This document shows positions 29,165-38,362 of a stretch of 64,000 nucleotides of DNA, one piece after another. A model generated the notes under the pieces. It had not been told where the DNA came from. It was given only the letters and a program-made list of their open reading frames with translations, and searched no databases. The position numbers and the translations under genes were made by a program. The DNA comes from Candidatus Eiseniibacteriota bacterium. GTDB lineage: Bacteria > Eisenbacteria > RBG-16-71-46 > JABDJR01. How positions within the stretch are numbered: the stretch's first letter is position 1; each line of letters starts with the position of its first letter. The stretch covers positions 624,406 through 688,405 of the forward strand of contig CAVYIE010000004.1 of assembly GCA_963768615.1 (NCBI GenBank). The letters are read 5' to 3'.

Positions 29165-30356
29165 AGCGACTTCAGCAGTTCCGCCGGCTGGCGGCCTCCG
29201 TGCTCCGGGGTGAGATCGAGCCCCCGACCCTGCTCCCCCCGAGCTCCGGGGGCGGGGCTGGGACAAATGGCTGGTGATCGCCACCCTGGTCCTGACCGGC
29301 TTCGGCCTGATCATGGTCTACTCGGCCACCACGGTGACCGCCTCCCGCCCCAGCGCCTACGTGGAAAACCAGGCGTTCAAGGTGCTTCTGGGCATCGTCG
29401 CCTTCGCCATCGGGCTCCGGATCGATTATCATCGTTGGGGTCGGTGGGCCCCCTGGTTCTACCTGGGCGGCCTCGTCCTCCTGTTCCTGGTCTACGTGCC
29501 GGGGTTGGGACATTCCGCGGGACATGCCCGCCGATGGATCAACATCGGCGGCTTCACCGTTCAGCCGGCGGATTTCGCCAGGCTCGGCCTCGTGGTCTAC
29601 CTGGCCTACCTGCTGTCGAAGCCGAGGGCGCGGCTTCAGCGTTTCACCACCGGGGTGCTCCCGTGCGTGGTGGCGCTGGTCCTCATGGCCCTCCCGGTGG
29701 CGAAGCAGCCCAACCTGAGCACCACCCTGGCCCTGGCCGCGATCACCGGGATGATGCTGATCGCGGGACGGATTCCGTTCCGGCATCTGGCCGTCCTGAT
29801 GTCGCCGGCGGCGATCGTGCCGTTCTTCCTGCACGGGTACCAGTGGAACCGGCTCCAGTACTGGCTGTCCTACTGGCGGGGGCACGAGCTGCTCCGGGAG
29901 GGGAACTATCAGATGCACCAGTCCATCCTGGCCATCGGGTCGGGGGGACTGCTGGGACGGGGGCTGGGCGAGAGCCGGCAGAAATGGTTCTTCCTGCCCG
30001 ACGCCCACACCGACTTCATATTCGCGATCGTAGGAGAAGAGCTTGGACTTCTGGGAGCGGTCTTATTGATCGGACTGATCGTGGTCCTTCTGTGGCGCGC
30101 CTATGACGCCGCCCGTCGGGCCCCGGATCGATTCGGATCCCTGTTGGCCGTCGGCATCGGGGCCACGGTGGCGGTCTACGCCGGAGTGAACCTCCTGGTG
30201 GCCACGGGCATGTTCCCGACCACCGGCCTCCCGCTGCCCCTGGTGTCCTACGGCGGTTCCGCCGTCCTGGTCATGCTCTTTTCCCTGGGAATTCTCGGCA
30301 ACGTTTCCAGCCAGGGCGATTCCTCGCTGCTGGCCGGAATTGGAGAGCAAGACTAA
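29161..30356 (+). CDS. ftsW: FtsW (SEDS family); -1 frameshift in the C6 run at 29235-29240
   Basis: GLIMVYSA, ARRWI, QPADFA, LPDAHTDFIF and LPLVSYGGS motifs; adding one C joins GTG 29161 to the main frame. Confidence 0.92.
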
Positions 30357-32627
30357 ATGTCCGAAGAACGCAACCAAGAGCCGGGAGCGGGATCCGGCGG
30401 ATCCGAGAACGCTTCCGAAGACCGGCCCCGGGGAACCCGGCGGCGCCGGCGCCGCGGACGCCGCGGCTACGAAGGACGACCGGAATGGCAGGGGGGAGAG
30501 GGCGGGGGATCCGAAGCCTCGGGCGGCGGACGGGAGAGCCGGAGAGAGAGCGCATCCGGAGGGGGCGGCGAGCCGGCCCCGGACCGCGGTGACCGTCCCT
30601 CCCGGGCTTCCGGCCGCGGGTCGGGCGGCGGCGGCTCCGAGGCCCCGGCGCGGGAGGCGACGCGCTCCGCCGGGGAGCGGGCCCCCCGGTCCGAGGATCG
30701 GGACCGGAACCGGGGCGAGGAGCCGGCCGGGGCCGGCGGCCGTTCCCGGGAAGGCGGCGAGGAGGCCCGCGAGGGCCGCCGTCCCCGCCGCCGGGGCGTG
30801 CGCCGCCGGCGCGGAGCTTCGAGCGAAGGTGAGCCGGGCGCGGCCGGGGCCGCGGCCGGGGCGTCCCCGGCGGAGACCGGCGGGGAGCGGCCGGAGGAAG
30901 GAGCCGGGGACCGGCGCGGCGAGCGCCGGGACCGGGAGGAGCGCCCGGCGGCGGAGGCCGCGGGCGAAGCCGGGAAGGGGGCTCCCGGGAGCGAGGGCGA
31001 GCGGGGCGAGTCCGGCGGGCGAGAGCGCCGGCGCCGTTCCCGCCGGCGGCGCTCCCGGGACCGGAGCGGGTCCGAAGGCGGAGAGAGCCGGGGCGGCGAC
31101 GAGGATCGCCCCGCAGAGGGGGGCCGGTCCTCGACGGCGGCGGCCCCTGCCGCCTCGGGCGAGGAGCCGGCCGACCGGAGCCGGCGGCGCCGGTCCGGCG
31201 AGCCGTCCCGGGATCGCGATCGCGGCCGGGACCGGGACCGGGACCGGGACCGGGACCGCGGCCGGGAGCGGAGCGGCTCCGGCCGCGACAGCGCCTCCCG
31301 CGGCGGTTCCCGGGACGCCCGCAGCCGGAGCGGGGGACGGAGTGACCGCGGTGAGCGCGGCGGGGGACGCCGGCCCTACGGCGGCCGGCAGGGGGCCTCG
31401 CGGCCCCAGCCCCTGCGGCCCACCGCCGCCCTCACCCTCCCCCCCCAGCCGGTGCGGGTGATGATCGCCGGCGGCGGGACCGGGGGGCACATCATCCCCG
31501 CGCTCTCCATCGGCGAGGCCCTCAAGCAGCGGAACCCCGCGACCGAGCTGCTCTTCCTGGGCAGCGACCGGGGCATCGAGCGGGAGATGATCGGGGAGGC
31601 CGGACACCGGCTGGAGGAGTTCCCGGTCCGCGGGCTGCCGCGGCGTCCGGACGCGGACTCCTTCCGCAACGCGTTGGCCATGTTCCGGGCCTATCGCCGC
31701 ATCCGCCGGCTGATCGACGAGTTCAAGCCGGGGGTGCTGGTGGGCACCGGCGGCTACGTGATCGTCCCCGCGGTGATCGCGGCCTGGCGGGCCAAGGTTC
31801 CGGTGGTGCTCCAGGAGCAGAACAGCGTGCCCGGCCGGGCCAACCGGTTCCTGGCCCGCTTCGCCCGGGAGATCCACATCCACTTCGCCGAGTCCCGCCG
31901 GTACTTCAAGGGCCGGGGACGGCTGCGGCTCTCCGGGAACCCGGTGCGGGTCAAGATCTCCGAGGGCCGGGCGCTCAAGACCCTGAGCCGGCTGCGGCTC
32001 TTCTCCGACCGGCGCACGGTGCTGATCCTGGGCGGATCCCAGGGGGCCCACAGCCTGAACGTGGCCTTCATGGACATGCTCCCCCGGTTCCGGGGCGACC
32101 GCACGGTGCAGTTCGTGATCCAGACCGGCAAGGAGGATTACGAGGCGGTGCAGGAGGCGGTGCGAGCCTCGGGAGTGCGCGCGGTGGTACGCCCCTTCTT
32201 CAACGAGATGGAGGAGCTCTACGGCATCGCCAACCTGGTGGTGGGCCGGGCGGGGGCGATGACCATCTCCGAGATCTCGGCCTGCGGCCTGGCCAGCATC
32301 CTGGTTCCCTATCCCCACGCCATGGACGACCACCAGACCGCCAACGCCGAGGCCCTGGCCGGCAAGGACGCGGCGGTGATCCTCCGCGACGCCGAACTCA
32401 CCGCGGACCGTCTGGCCGAGGAGATCCGCAAGCTCCTGGCCGACCCGGCCCGCCTCCGGGGCATGGCCCGGAACGCCTTCGCCCTGAGCCGTCCCGACGC
32501 GGCCAAGCGGATCGCGGAGGCGGTGGAGAAGCTGGGGGGCGGCGCTCCCCAGTCCATGCTCCACCTGCCCGAGGAATACGACACCGAGGACGAAGAGGCC
32601 GAGACCGAGGAAGCGGGGGTGCGCTAG
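30357..32627 (+). CDS. murG: MurG with a 365-aa low-complexity N-terminal extension and acidic C-terminal tail
   Basis: MurG core from about 31452 (IAGGGTGGH, EQNSVPGRAN, GGSQGA, RAGAMT, VPYP...HQ); ATG directly follows the ftsW TAA with GGAGAG upstream. Confidence 0.92.
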   Translation: MSEERNQEPGAGSGGSENASEDRPRGTRRRRRRGRRGYEGRPEWQGGEGGGSEASGGGRESRRESASGGGGEPAPDRGDRPSRASGRGSGGGGSEAPAREATRSAGERAPRSEDRDRNRGEEPAGAGGRSREGGEEAREGRRPRRRGVRRRRGASSEGEPGAAGAAAGASPAETGGERPEEGAGDRRGERRDREERPAAEAAGEAGKGAPGSEGERGESGGRERRRRSRRRRSRDRSGSEGGESRGGDEDRPAEGGRSSTAAAPAASGEEPADRSRRRRSGEPSRDRDRGRDRDRDRDRDRGRERSGSGRDSASRGGSRDARSRSGGRSDRGERGGGRRPYGGRQGASRPQPLRPTAALTLPPQPVRVMIAGGGTGGHIIPALSIGEALKQRNPATELLFLGSDRGIEREMIGEAGHRLEEFPVRGLPRRPDADSFRNALAMFRAYRRIRRLIDEFKPGVLVGTGGYVIVPAVIAAWRAKVPVVLQEQNSVPGRANRFLARFAREIHIHFAESRRYFKGRGRLRLSGNPVRVKISEGRALKTLSRLRLFSDRRTVLILGGSQGAHSLNVAFMDMLPRFRGDRTVQFVIQTGKEDYEAVQEAVRASGVRAVVRPFFNEMEELYGIANLVVGRAGAMTISEISACGLASILVPYPHAMDDHQTANAEALAGKDAAVILRDAELTADRLAEEIRKLLADPARLRGMARNAFALSRPDAAKRIAEAVEKLGGGAPQSMLHLPEEYDTEDEEAETEEAGVR
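31227..31256 (+). repeat. (CGGGAC)x5 in-frame tandem repeat encoding (Arg-Asp)5
   Basis: Read directly from the sequence. Confidence 0.9.
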
Positions 32628-34025
32628 GTGTACGGGAAGATCGGACGCATCCACATGATCGGGATCGGGGGCTCGGGGATGAGCGGCATCGCCGAGGTCC
32701 TCCTGAACCTGAACTACGAGGTCAGCGGGTCCGACCTCCACCGCACCCCGGTCACCGACCACCTGGTCGGCCTGGGGGCCCGGGTGGCCGAGGGGCACCG
32801 GGCGGAGCTGGTCCGGGGGGCGGCGGTGGTGGTGGCCTCCACCGCGGTCCGGGACACCAACCCCGAGGTGGCCGAGGCCCGCCGGCTGGGCATCCCGGTC
32901 ATCGCCCGGGCGGAGATGCTGGCCGAGCTCATGCGCATGAAGCACGGGGTGGCGGTGGCCGGGGCCCACGGCAAGACCACCACCACCTCCCTGGTGGCCG
33001 CGGTCCTGGCCGGGGGCGGGTTCGACCCCACCGTGGTGGTGGGGGGGCGGGTCCGGGCCCTCGGCACCAGCGCCCGCCTGGGCACCGGCGAGTTCCTGGT
33101 CGCCGAGGCCGACGAGAGCGACGGCTCTTTCCTCCGTCTGAATCCCACCCTCGCCGTGATCACCAACATCGACCGGGAGCACCTCGACCACTGGAAGGGG
33201 GGGATCGAGGAGATCCAGGACGCCTTCGTGGACTTCGCCAACAAGGTCCCCTTCTACGGGGCGGACGTGGTCTGCCTGGAGGACCCCCGGGTGCGGGAGG
33301 TGTTCCCCCGGCTGGAGCGGCGGGTCATCACCTACGCCGCGGCCGAGGAGGCCGACTACCGGCTGGCCGACCTCCGCGGCCACGACGACTTCAGCACCTC
33401 CTTCGACGTGCTCGAGAAGGGCTTCCTCCTCGGCCGGGCCCGGCTCCGCATGCCCGGCCGGCACAACGCGCTCAACGCCCTGGCCGCGGTGGCGGTGGGC
33501 CGGGAGCTGGGGATGGAGACGCGGGCCATCTTCGAGGCCCTGGAGGCCTTCGAGGGGGTCTCCCGGCGCTTCGAGGTCAAGGGCGAGGAGGCGGGGGTGC
33601 TGGTGGTGGACGATTACGGCCACCACCCCAACGAGATCCGGGCCGTGCTGCGGGCGGCCCGGGAGCACGGCGGGCGGCGGGTGGTGGCGCTGTTCCAGCC
33701 CCACCGGTTCACCCGCACCCGGGACCTGGGGGAGGAGTTCGCCGGCTGCTTCGCCGACGCCGACCTCGTCTTCCTGACCGCCATCTACGCCGCCGGCGAG
33801 GATCCCATCGAGGGGGTGTCGGCGGAGGCGGTGGCCGAGGCGGTCCGCTCCGGCGGGCACCGGGCCTGCCGCTACGTGCCCGGCCTGGAGGACCTGCCGG
33901 AGGCGGTCCGGGGCGAGCTCCGGTCCGGAGACGTGGTCATCACCCTCGGGGCGGGGGACATCCACAAGGCGGGAGAGGCCCTGCTCTCCCTGCTGGCCGC
34001 CCACGGCGTGGGAGTGGAGGCGTGA
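32628..34025 (+). CDS. murC: MurC ligase
   Basis: [34 protein letters not shown] and FQPHRFTRT motifs. Confidence 0.96.
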   Translation: MYGKIGRIHMIGIGGSGMSGIAEVLLNLNYEVSGSDLHRTPVTDHLVGLGARVAEGHRAELVRGAAVVVASTAVRDTNPEVAEARRLGIPVIARAEMLAELMRMKHGVAVAGAHGKTTTTSLVAAVLAGGGFDPTVVVGGRVRALGTSARLGTGEFLVAEADESDGSFLRLNPTLAVITNIDREHLDHWKGGIEEIQDAFVDFANKVPFYGADVVCLEDPRVREVFPRLERRVITYAAAEEADYRLADLRGHDDFSTSFDVLEKGFLLGRARLRMPGRHNALNALAAVAVGRELGMETRAIFEALEAFEGVSRRFEVKGEEAGVLVVDDYGHHPNEIRAVLRAAREHGGRRVVALFQPHRFTRTRDLGEEFAGCFADADLVFLTAIYAAGEDPIEGVSAEAVAEAVRSGGHRACRYVPGLEDLPEAVRGELRSGDVVITLGAGDIHKAGEALLSLLAAHGVGVEA

Positions 34026-34951
34026 CGACCGCCCCCGGCGTGGCCGCGGCCCTGGAGGCCGCCGCTCCGGGAGCGGTGCGCCGGAAGGTGTCCCTGGCCC
34101 CGTTCTGCTCCTACAAGACCGGGGGCGCGGCCGACTGGCTGGTGGAACCGTCCACCGAGGCCCAGGTCGCCGCGGTCCTGGCCGCGGTCCGGGAGCTGGA
34201 GCTGCCGCTCTTCGTGCTCGGGGGGGGGACCAACCTCCTGGTGCGGGACGGCGGGGTGCGGGGGGTGACCCTGCGCCTGGGCCGGACCTTCCGCACCGCC
34301 GAGGTCCGGGGCACGGAGCTCCACGCGGGGGCCGTGGCCCCCATGTCCCTGGCCGGGGCGGCGGCGGAGCGGGCCGGGCTCACCGGCTTCGAGTTCGCCT
34401 TCGACATCCCCGGCACCGTGGGCGGGGCCCTGCGCATGAACGCGGGCGCCCACGGGGGGGAGATCCGCGACGTGCTGGCCCGGGTGGAGGGTTGCGACCT
34501 GGCCGGGAAGCCGGTCCGGGTGGAGGCCTCGGAGATACGCTTTTCCTACCGCCGGGCGGTCTACCCGGCGGACATGGTCTTCCTGCGCGGCGTGTTCGCC
34601 CTCGCCCCCGGCGACCCCGCCGAGGTGGCCGGGCGCCGCCGCCGCTACCACGAGTACCGGCTGGCCACCCAGCCCAAGGGGCTGAGCGTGGGCTCCACCT
34701 TCATCAACCCCGAGGGGGACAAGGCGGGGAGGCTGATCGAGGCCGCCGGGCTCAAGGGCTTCCGGGTCGGGGACGCGGTGGTCTCCATCAAGCACGCCAA
34801 CTGGATCCTGAACGAGGGGAAGGCCAGCGCGGCCGAGATCGAGGCGGTGATCGACGCCGTGCGCGAGCGGGTGCGGGAGCGGTTCGGGGTGGACCTGGAG
34901 CCGGAGGTCCGGATCGTGGGCGAGCCCGCGGGCCGGGAGGCGCTCCGGTGA
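34022..34951 (+). CDS. murB: MurB reductase
   Basis: [30 protein letters not shown] and KHANW motifs. Confidence 0.95.
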   Translation: MTTAPGVAAALEAAAPGAVRRKVSLAPFCSYKTGGAADWLVEPSTEAQVAAVLAAVRELELPLFVLGGGTNLLVRDGGVRGVTLRLGRTFRTAEVRGTELHAGAVAPMSLAGAAAERAGLTGFEFAFDIPGTVGGALRMNAGAHGGEIRDVLARVEGCDLAGKPVRVEASEIRFSYRRAVYPADMVFLRGVFALAPGDPAEVAGRRRRYHEYRLATQPKGLSVGSTFINPEGDKAGRLIEAAGLKGFRVGDAVVSIKHANWILNEGKASAAEIEAVIDAVRERVRERFGVDLEPEVRIVGEPAGREALR

Positions 34952-35817
34952 CCGGCCGCACCCCGGGAACGACGCACTTCGATCCCGACGGCGCCCGGCG
35001 GGCACTCCGGCGCCGCCGGCGCCGCCGCCGCGTGCGCCGGGGGCTGGCCTGGATGGTGGTGAGCGCGATCGCGGTGGTGGCCGGGATGGGGGTCGCCCTG
35101 GGCTGGAACGCGGGGCTGACCTGGGTCCGCACCCACACCCGGATCTTCGAGGTCCAGGCCCTGGAGGTGTCGGACACCGACTGGGTCCCGCCCTGGGAGC
35201 TGGCCGAGCTGTGCGGGGTGCACCCCGGTGACGACATCCTGGCCGTGGACCCGGACTCGGTGGCGGTCCGGCTGGCCGAGCACCCGAGGGTGGACCACGC
35301 CCGGGTGACCCGGACCTGGCATCGCACGGTGCGGCTCACGGTGACCGAGAAGGCTCCGGTGGCGCTGCTGGTCTCCGGCCGCACCTTCGAGATCGCGGCG
35401 GACGGGACCGTGCTCGGTCCGCCCCCGCTGAGAGCGGAATGGCCGGTGCCGGTCACCGGTTCCGACGAGCCCCGGGGGGTGGAGCTTCCGCTCCTCACCG
35501 GGGTGGACGGCTCCCGGCTGCGGCCGGGCAACGTGCTGGAGGGTCCGGGGGTCCGGCGGGCGCTGACCTTCCTGACCCGTCTGCGCACCTACGGGTGCCC
35601 CGGATCGGGGTGGCTGTCCGAGGTCTGGGTGGACCGCCCGGAAGGGCTGGTGGCGGTCACCCTGGACGGCACCGCGGTCCGGATCGGGGACGGGAGGCTG
35701 AGCGCCCGCAAGGTCGAGGCCCTGATGACGGTCCTGAAGCGGATGCGCGACGACGGGCGCCAGGTCGAGTACGTGGACGCCCGGTTCCGCAATCAGGTCA
35801 TCGTCAAGGAAGGCTGA
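34948..35817 (+). CDS. ftsQ: FtsQ/DivIB
   Basis: Arg-rich cytoplasmic N-terminus, one TM segment, POTRA domain, C-terminal YVDARF; position before ftsA. Confidence 0.85.
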   Translation: MTGRTPGTTHFDPDGARRALRRRRRRRRVRRGLAWMVVSAIAVVAGMGVALGWNAGLTWVRTHTRIFEVQALEVSDTDWVPPWELAELCGVHPGDDILAVDPDSVAVRLAEHPRVDHARVTRTWHRTVRLTVTEKAPVALLVSGRTFEIAADGTVLGPPPLRAEWPVPVTGSDEPRGVELPLLTGVDGSRLRPGNVLEGPGVRRALTFLTRLRTYGCPGSGWLSEVWVDRPEGLVAVTLDGTAVRIGDGRLSARKVEALMTVLKRMRDDGRQVEYVDARFRNQVIVKEG

Positions 35818-35839
35818 GGAAAGGCAGGTGAGGGTCCCC

Positions 35840-37057
35840 ATGCGAACCTACGTCGGACTGGACATCGGCACCACCAAGACCGCGGCGGTGATCGCGGAGC
35901 CGGACGAGCGGGGGACGCTGAAGGTGATCGGGGTGGGGCACGCCCCCTCGGCGGGCATCCGCCGGGGGGTGGTGGTCGACCTCGAGAGCACGGTCCGGTC
36001 CATCCGGACCGCGGTGGCCGAGGCCGAGCGCATGTCCGGGGAGCCGGTCCGCCAGGTCACCGCCGGCATCGCCGGGGAGCACGTCCGCTCCATCAACAGC
36101 CGGGGGGTGATCGCGGTGAGCCGGGGGGGGACCGAGATCGGCCCCGACGACGTGAGCCGGGTGGTGGAGGCGGCCCGGGCAGTGGCCATCCCCGGGGACC
36201 GGCAGGTCCTCCACGTCATCCCCCAGGAGTACGTGGTGGACGAGCAGGCCGGGATCAAGAACCCGGTGGGCATGAGCGGGGTCCGGCTGGAGGCCGAGGT
36301 CCACATCGTGACCGGGGCGGTGACCAGCGCCCGCAACGTGGAGAAGGCGGTCCAGCGGTCCGGCCTCCGGGCCGGGTCCCTGGTCCTGGAGCCCCTGGCT
36401 TCCTCCTACGCCGTCCTGGCCCCGGACGAGAAGGAGCTGGGGTGCCTGCTCATCGACCTCGGGGGAGGGACCACCGACCTGGCCCTGTTCTACGAGGGGG
36501 CGGTCCGCCATACCGCGGTGATCGGGCTGGGGGGAAACAACGTCACCCACGACCTGGCCGTGGGTCTTCGGACTCCCACCGAGGCCGCGGAGGAGATTAA
36601 GATACGGCACGGGTCCGCCACCGCGGACCGGGTGGGGGCGGAGGAGACGGTCGAGGTGCCGGGGGTGGGGGGGCGGGACGCCAAGCCCATCCCGCGGCAG
36701 GTTCTGGCCTCCATGATCGAACCGCGTATGGAAGAGATCTTCACCATGGTTTATCGTGAGGTGAAGAAGAATCTCTTCAGCGAGCTATTGGCCGGGGGCG
36801 TGGTCCTGACCGGCGGCGGCGCGTGCCTGGAGGGGGTGGAGGACCTCGCCGAGCGCATCTTCGAGATGCCGGTGCGGCGGGGGGTGCCCCGGGGGGTAAC
36901 CGGGATCCGCGAGGCGGTGGAGGATCCACGCTACGCCACCGCGGTGGGCCTGGTCATCTACGCGCGGGAGAAGGACGGGGAGGAAAGGCCGGAGGATCCC
37001 CGGCTCCTGAATCGGATCTCGGCGCCGGTCCGGCGCTGGCTGGGGGAGTTTTTCTAG
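35840..37057 (+). CDS. ftsA: Cell division protein FtsA
   Basis: GLDIGTTK, DLGGGTTD and VVLTGGG motifs; C-terminal amphipathic VRRWLGEFF. Confidence 0.96.
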   Translation: MRTYVGLDIGTTKTAAVIAEPDERGTLKVIGVGHAPSAGIRRGVVVDLESTVRSIRTAVAEAERMSGEPVRQVTAGIAGEHVRSINSRGVIAVSRGGTEIGPDDVSRVVEAARAVAIPGDRQVLHVIPQEYVVDEQAGIKNPVGMSGVRLEAEVHIVTGAVTSARNVEKAVQRSGLRAGSLVLEPLASSYAVLAPDEKELGCLLIDLGGGTTDLALFYEGAVRHTAVIGLGGNNVTHDLAVGLRTPTEAAEEIKIRHGSATADRVGAEETVEVPGVGGRDAKPIPRQVLASMIEPRMEEIFTMVYREVKKNLFSELLAGGVVLTGGGACLEGVEDLAERIFEMPVRRGVPRGVTGIREAVEDPRYATAVGLVIYAREKDGEERPEDPRLLNRISAPVRRWLGEFF

Positions 37058-37135
37058 ACGGAAGCAGGTGATGGCTTCCCGGGCCGGTGATGGCCCGAAG
37101 GCAGGACCGCCCCGCGGGGCGCAAAGGAGGGAAAC

Positions 37136-38314
37136 ATGATGCTGGAACTGGTGGAGCCCAAGACGCACGCCATCCTCAAGGTCATCGGCGTGGGCGGCGC
37201 CGGCGGCAACGCGGTCAACGGCATGGTCCAGGGGGGCCTCAGCGGGGTCGAGTTCGTGGCCATGAACTCGGACGCCCAGGTGCTGGAGCAGAGCCTGGCC
37301 GGGCTGAAGGTGCAGCTCGGGGACACCGTGACCCAGGGCCTGGGTTGCGGGGGCAAGCCCGAGGTGGGGCGCCAGGCCGCCGAGGAATCGGTGGAGTACA
37401 TCCGCGACTCGGTGCGGGGCGCGGACATGGTGTTCATCACCGCGGGCATGGGCGGCGGTACCGGCACCGGCGCCTCGGCGGTGGTGGCCCGGGTGGCCCG
37501 GGAAGAGGGCGCGCTCACGGTGGCCGTGGTCACCAAGCCCTTCATCTTCGAGGGACGCCAGCGGGGCCGGCAGGCCGAGGAGGGCCTGGCCGCCCTCCGG
37601 GACGAGGTGGACACCCTCATCGTCATCCCCAACCAGCGCCTGCTCACCGTGACCGACGCCAAGACCACCCTCCTGGACGCCTTCAAGCGGGCGGACGAGG
37701 TGCTGTTCCACGCCACCCGCGGCATCAGCGACCTCATCACCGTGCCCGGCCTCATCAACCTGGACTTCGCCGACGTGAAGGCGGTGATGAGCTCCCGCGG
37801 GAACGCGCTCATGGGCACCGGCTACGCCTCGGGCGACGGCAGCGCCGAGGACGCGGCCCGCATGGCCATCTCCAGCCCCCTCCTGGAGGACGTGAGCATC
37901 TCCGGGGCGGAGGCGGTGCTGGTCAACATCTGCGGCGGTCCCGACCTGGGCATCCACACCGTGAGCGAGTCCATGAACATCGTGAACGAGGCGGTGGGAG
38001 GCGACGCCAACGTGATCTTCGGCGCGGTCATCGATCCCGAGATGGGCGACGGGGTGCGGATCACCGTAATCGCCACCGGCTTCGGCCAGGTCGCGGTGGA
38101 GGAGAAGCGGGAGGAGGCCCGCCGGCCCCGGTCCAAGGGCGAGGCGGCCCTGGAGCGGCTCATCGGGCGGACCCCGGCCGAGCCGGCCCCGGCCCCGGCC
38201 CGCGAGGCCAAGGAGTCCACGCCCGGCCCCGGGTTCAGCAACGAACGGTGGGCCCGGGTCTACGGCAAGGAGAGCCTGGAGGTCCCGACCTTCATTCGCA
38301 AGCAGATGGACTGA
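37136..38314 (+). CDS. ftsZ: Cell division protein FtsZ
   Basis: VIGVGGAGGN, GMGGGTGTG, GLINLDFADV and C-terminal LEVPTFIRKQMD motifs. Confidence 0.98.
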   Translation: MMLELVEPKTHAILKVIGVGGAGGNAVNGMVQGGLSGVEFVAMNSDAQVLEQSLAGLKVQLGDTVTQGLGCGGKPEVGRQAAEESVEYIRDSVRGADMVFITAGMGGGTGTGASAVVARVAREEGALTVAVVTKPFIFEGRQRGRQAEEGLAALRDEVDTLIVIPNQRLLTVTDAKTTLLDAFKRADEVLFHATRGISDLITVPGLINLDFADVKAVMSSRGNALMGTGYASGDGSAEDAARMAISSPLLEDVSISGAEAVLVNICGGPDLGIHTVSESMNIVNEAVGGDANVIFGAVIDPEMGDGVRITVIATGFGQVAVEEKREEARRPRSKGEAALERLIGRTPAEPAPAPAREAKESTPGPGFSNERWARVYGKESLEVPTFIRKQMD

Positions 38315-38362
38315 TCGGGCCCGGCCCGAACACCAGCGGTCAAACCCGGACGGAGGGCGAAG

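Noticed and set aside
30063-34004. Very long alternative-frame or antisense ORFs (e.g. 30063-34004, 5364-8849, 36785-39748, 57095-60244, 16213-18963, 1717-4461)
   Set aside because: Shadow ORFs of real genes in high-GC DNA; no recognisable motifs, and they fully overlap well-supported CDSs
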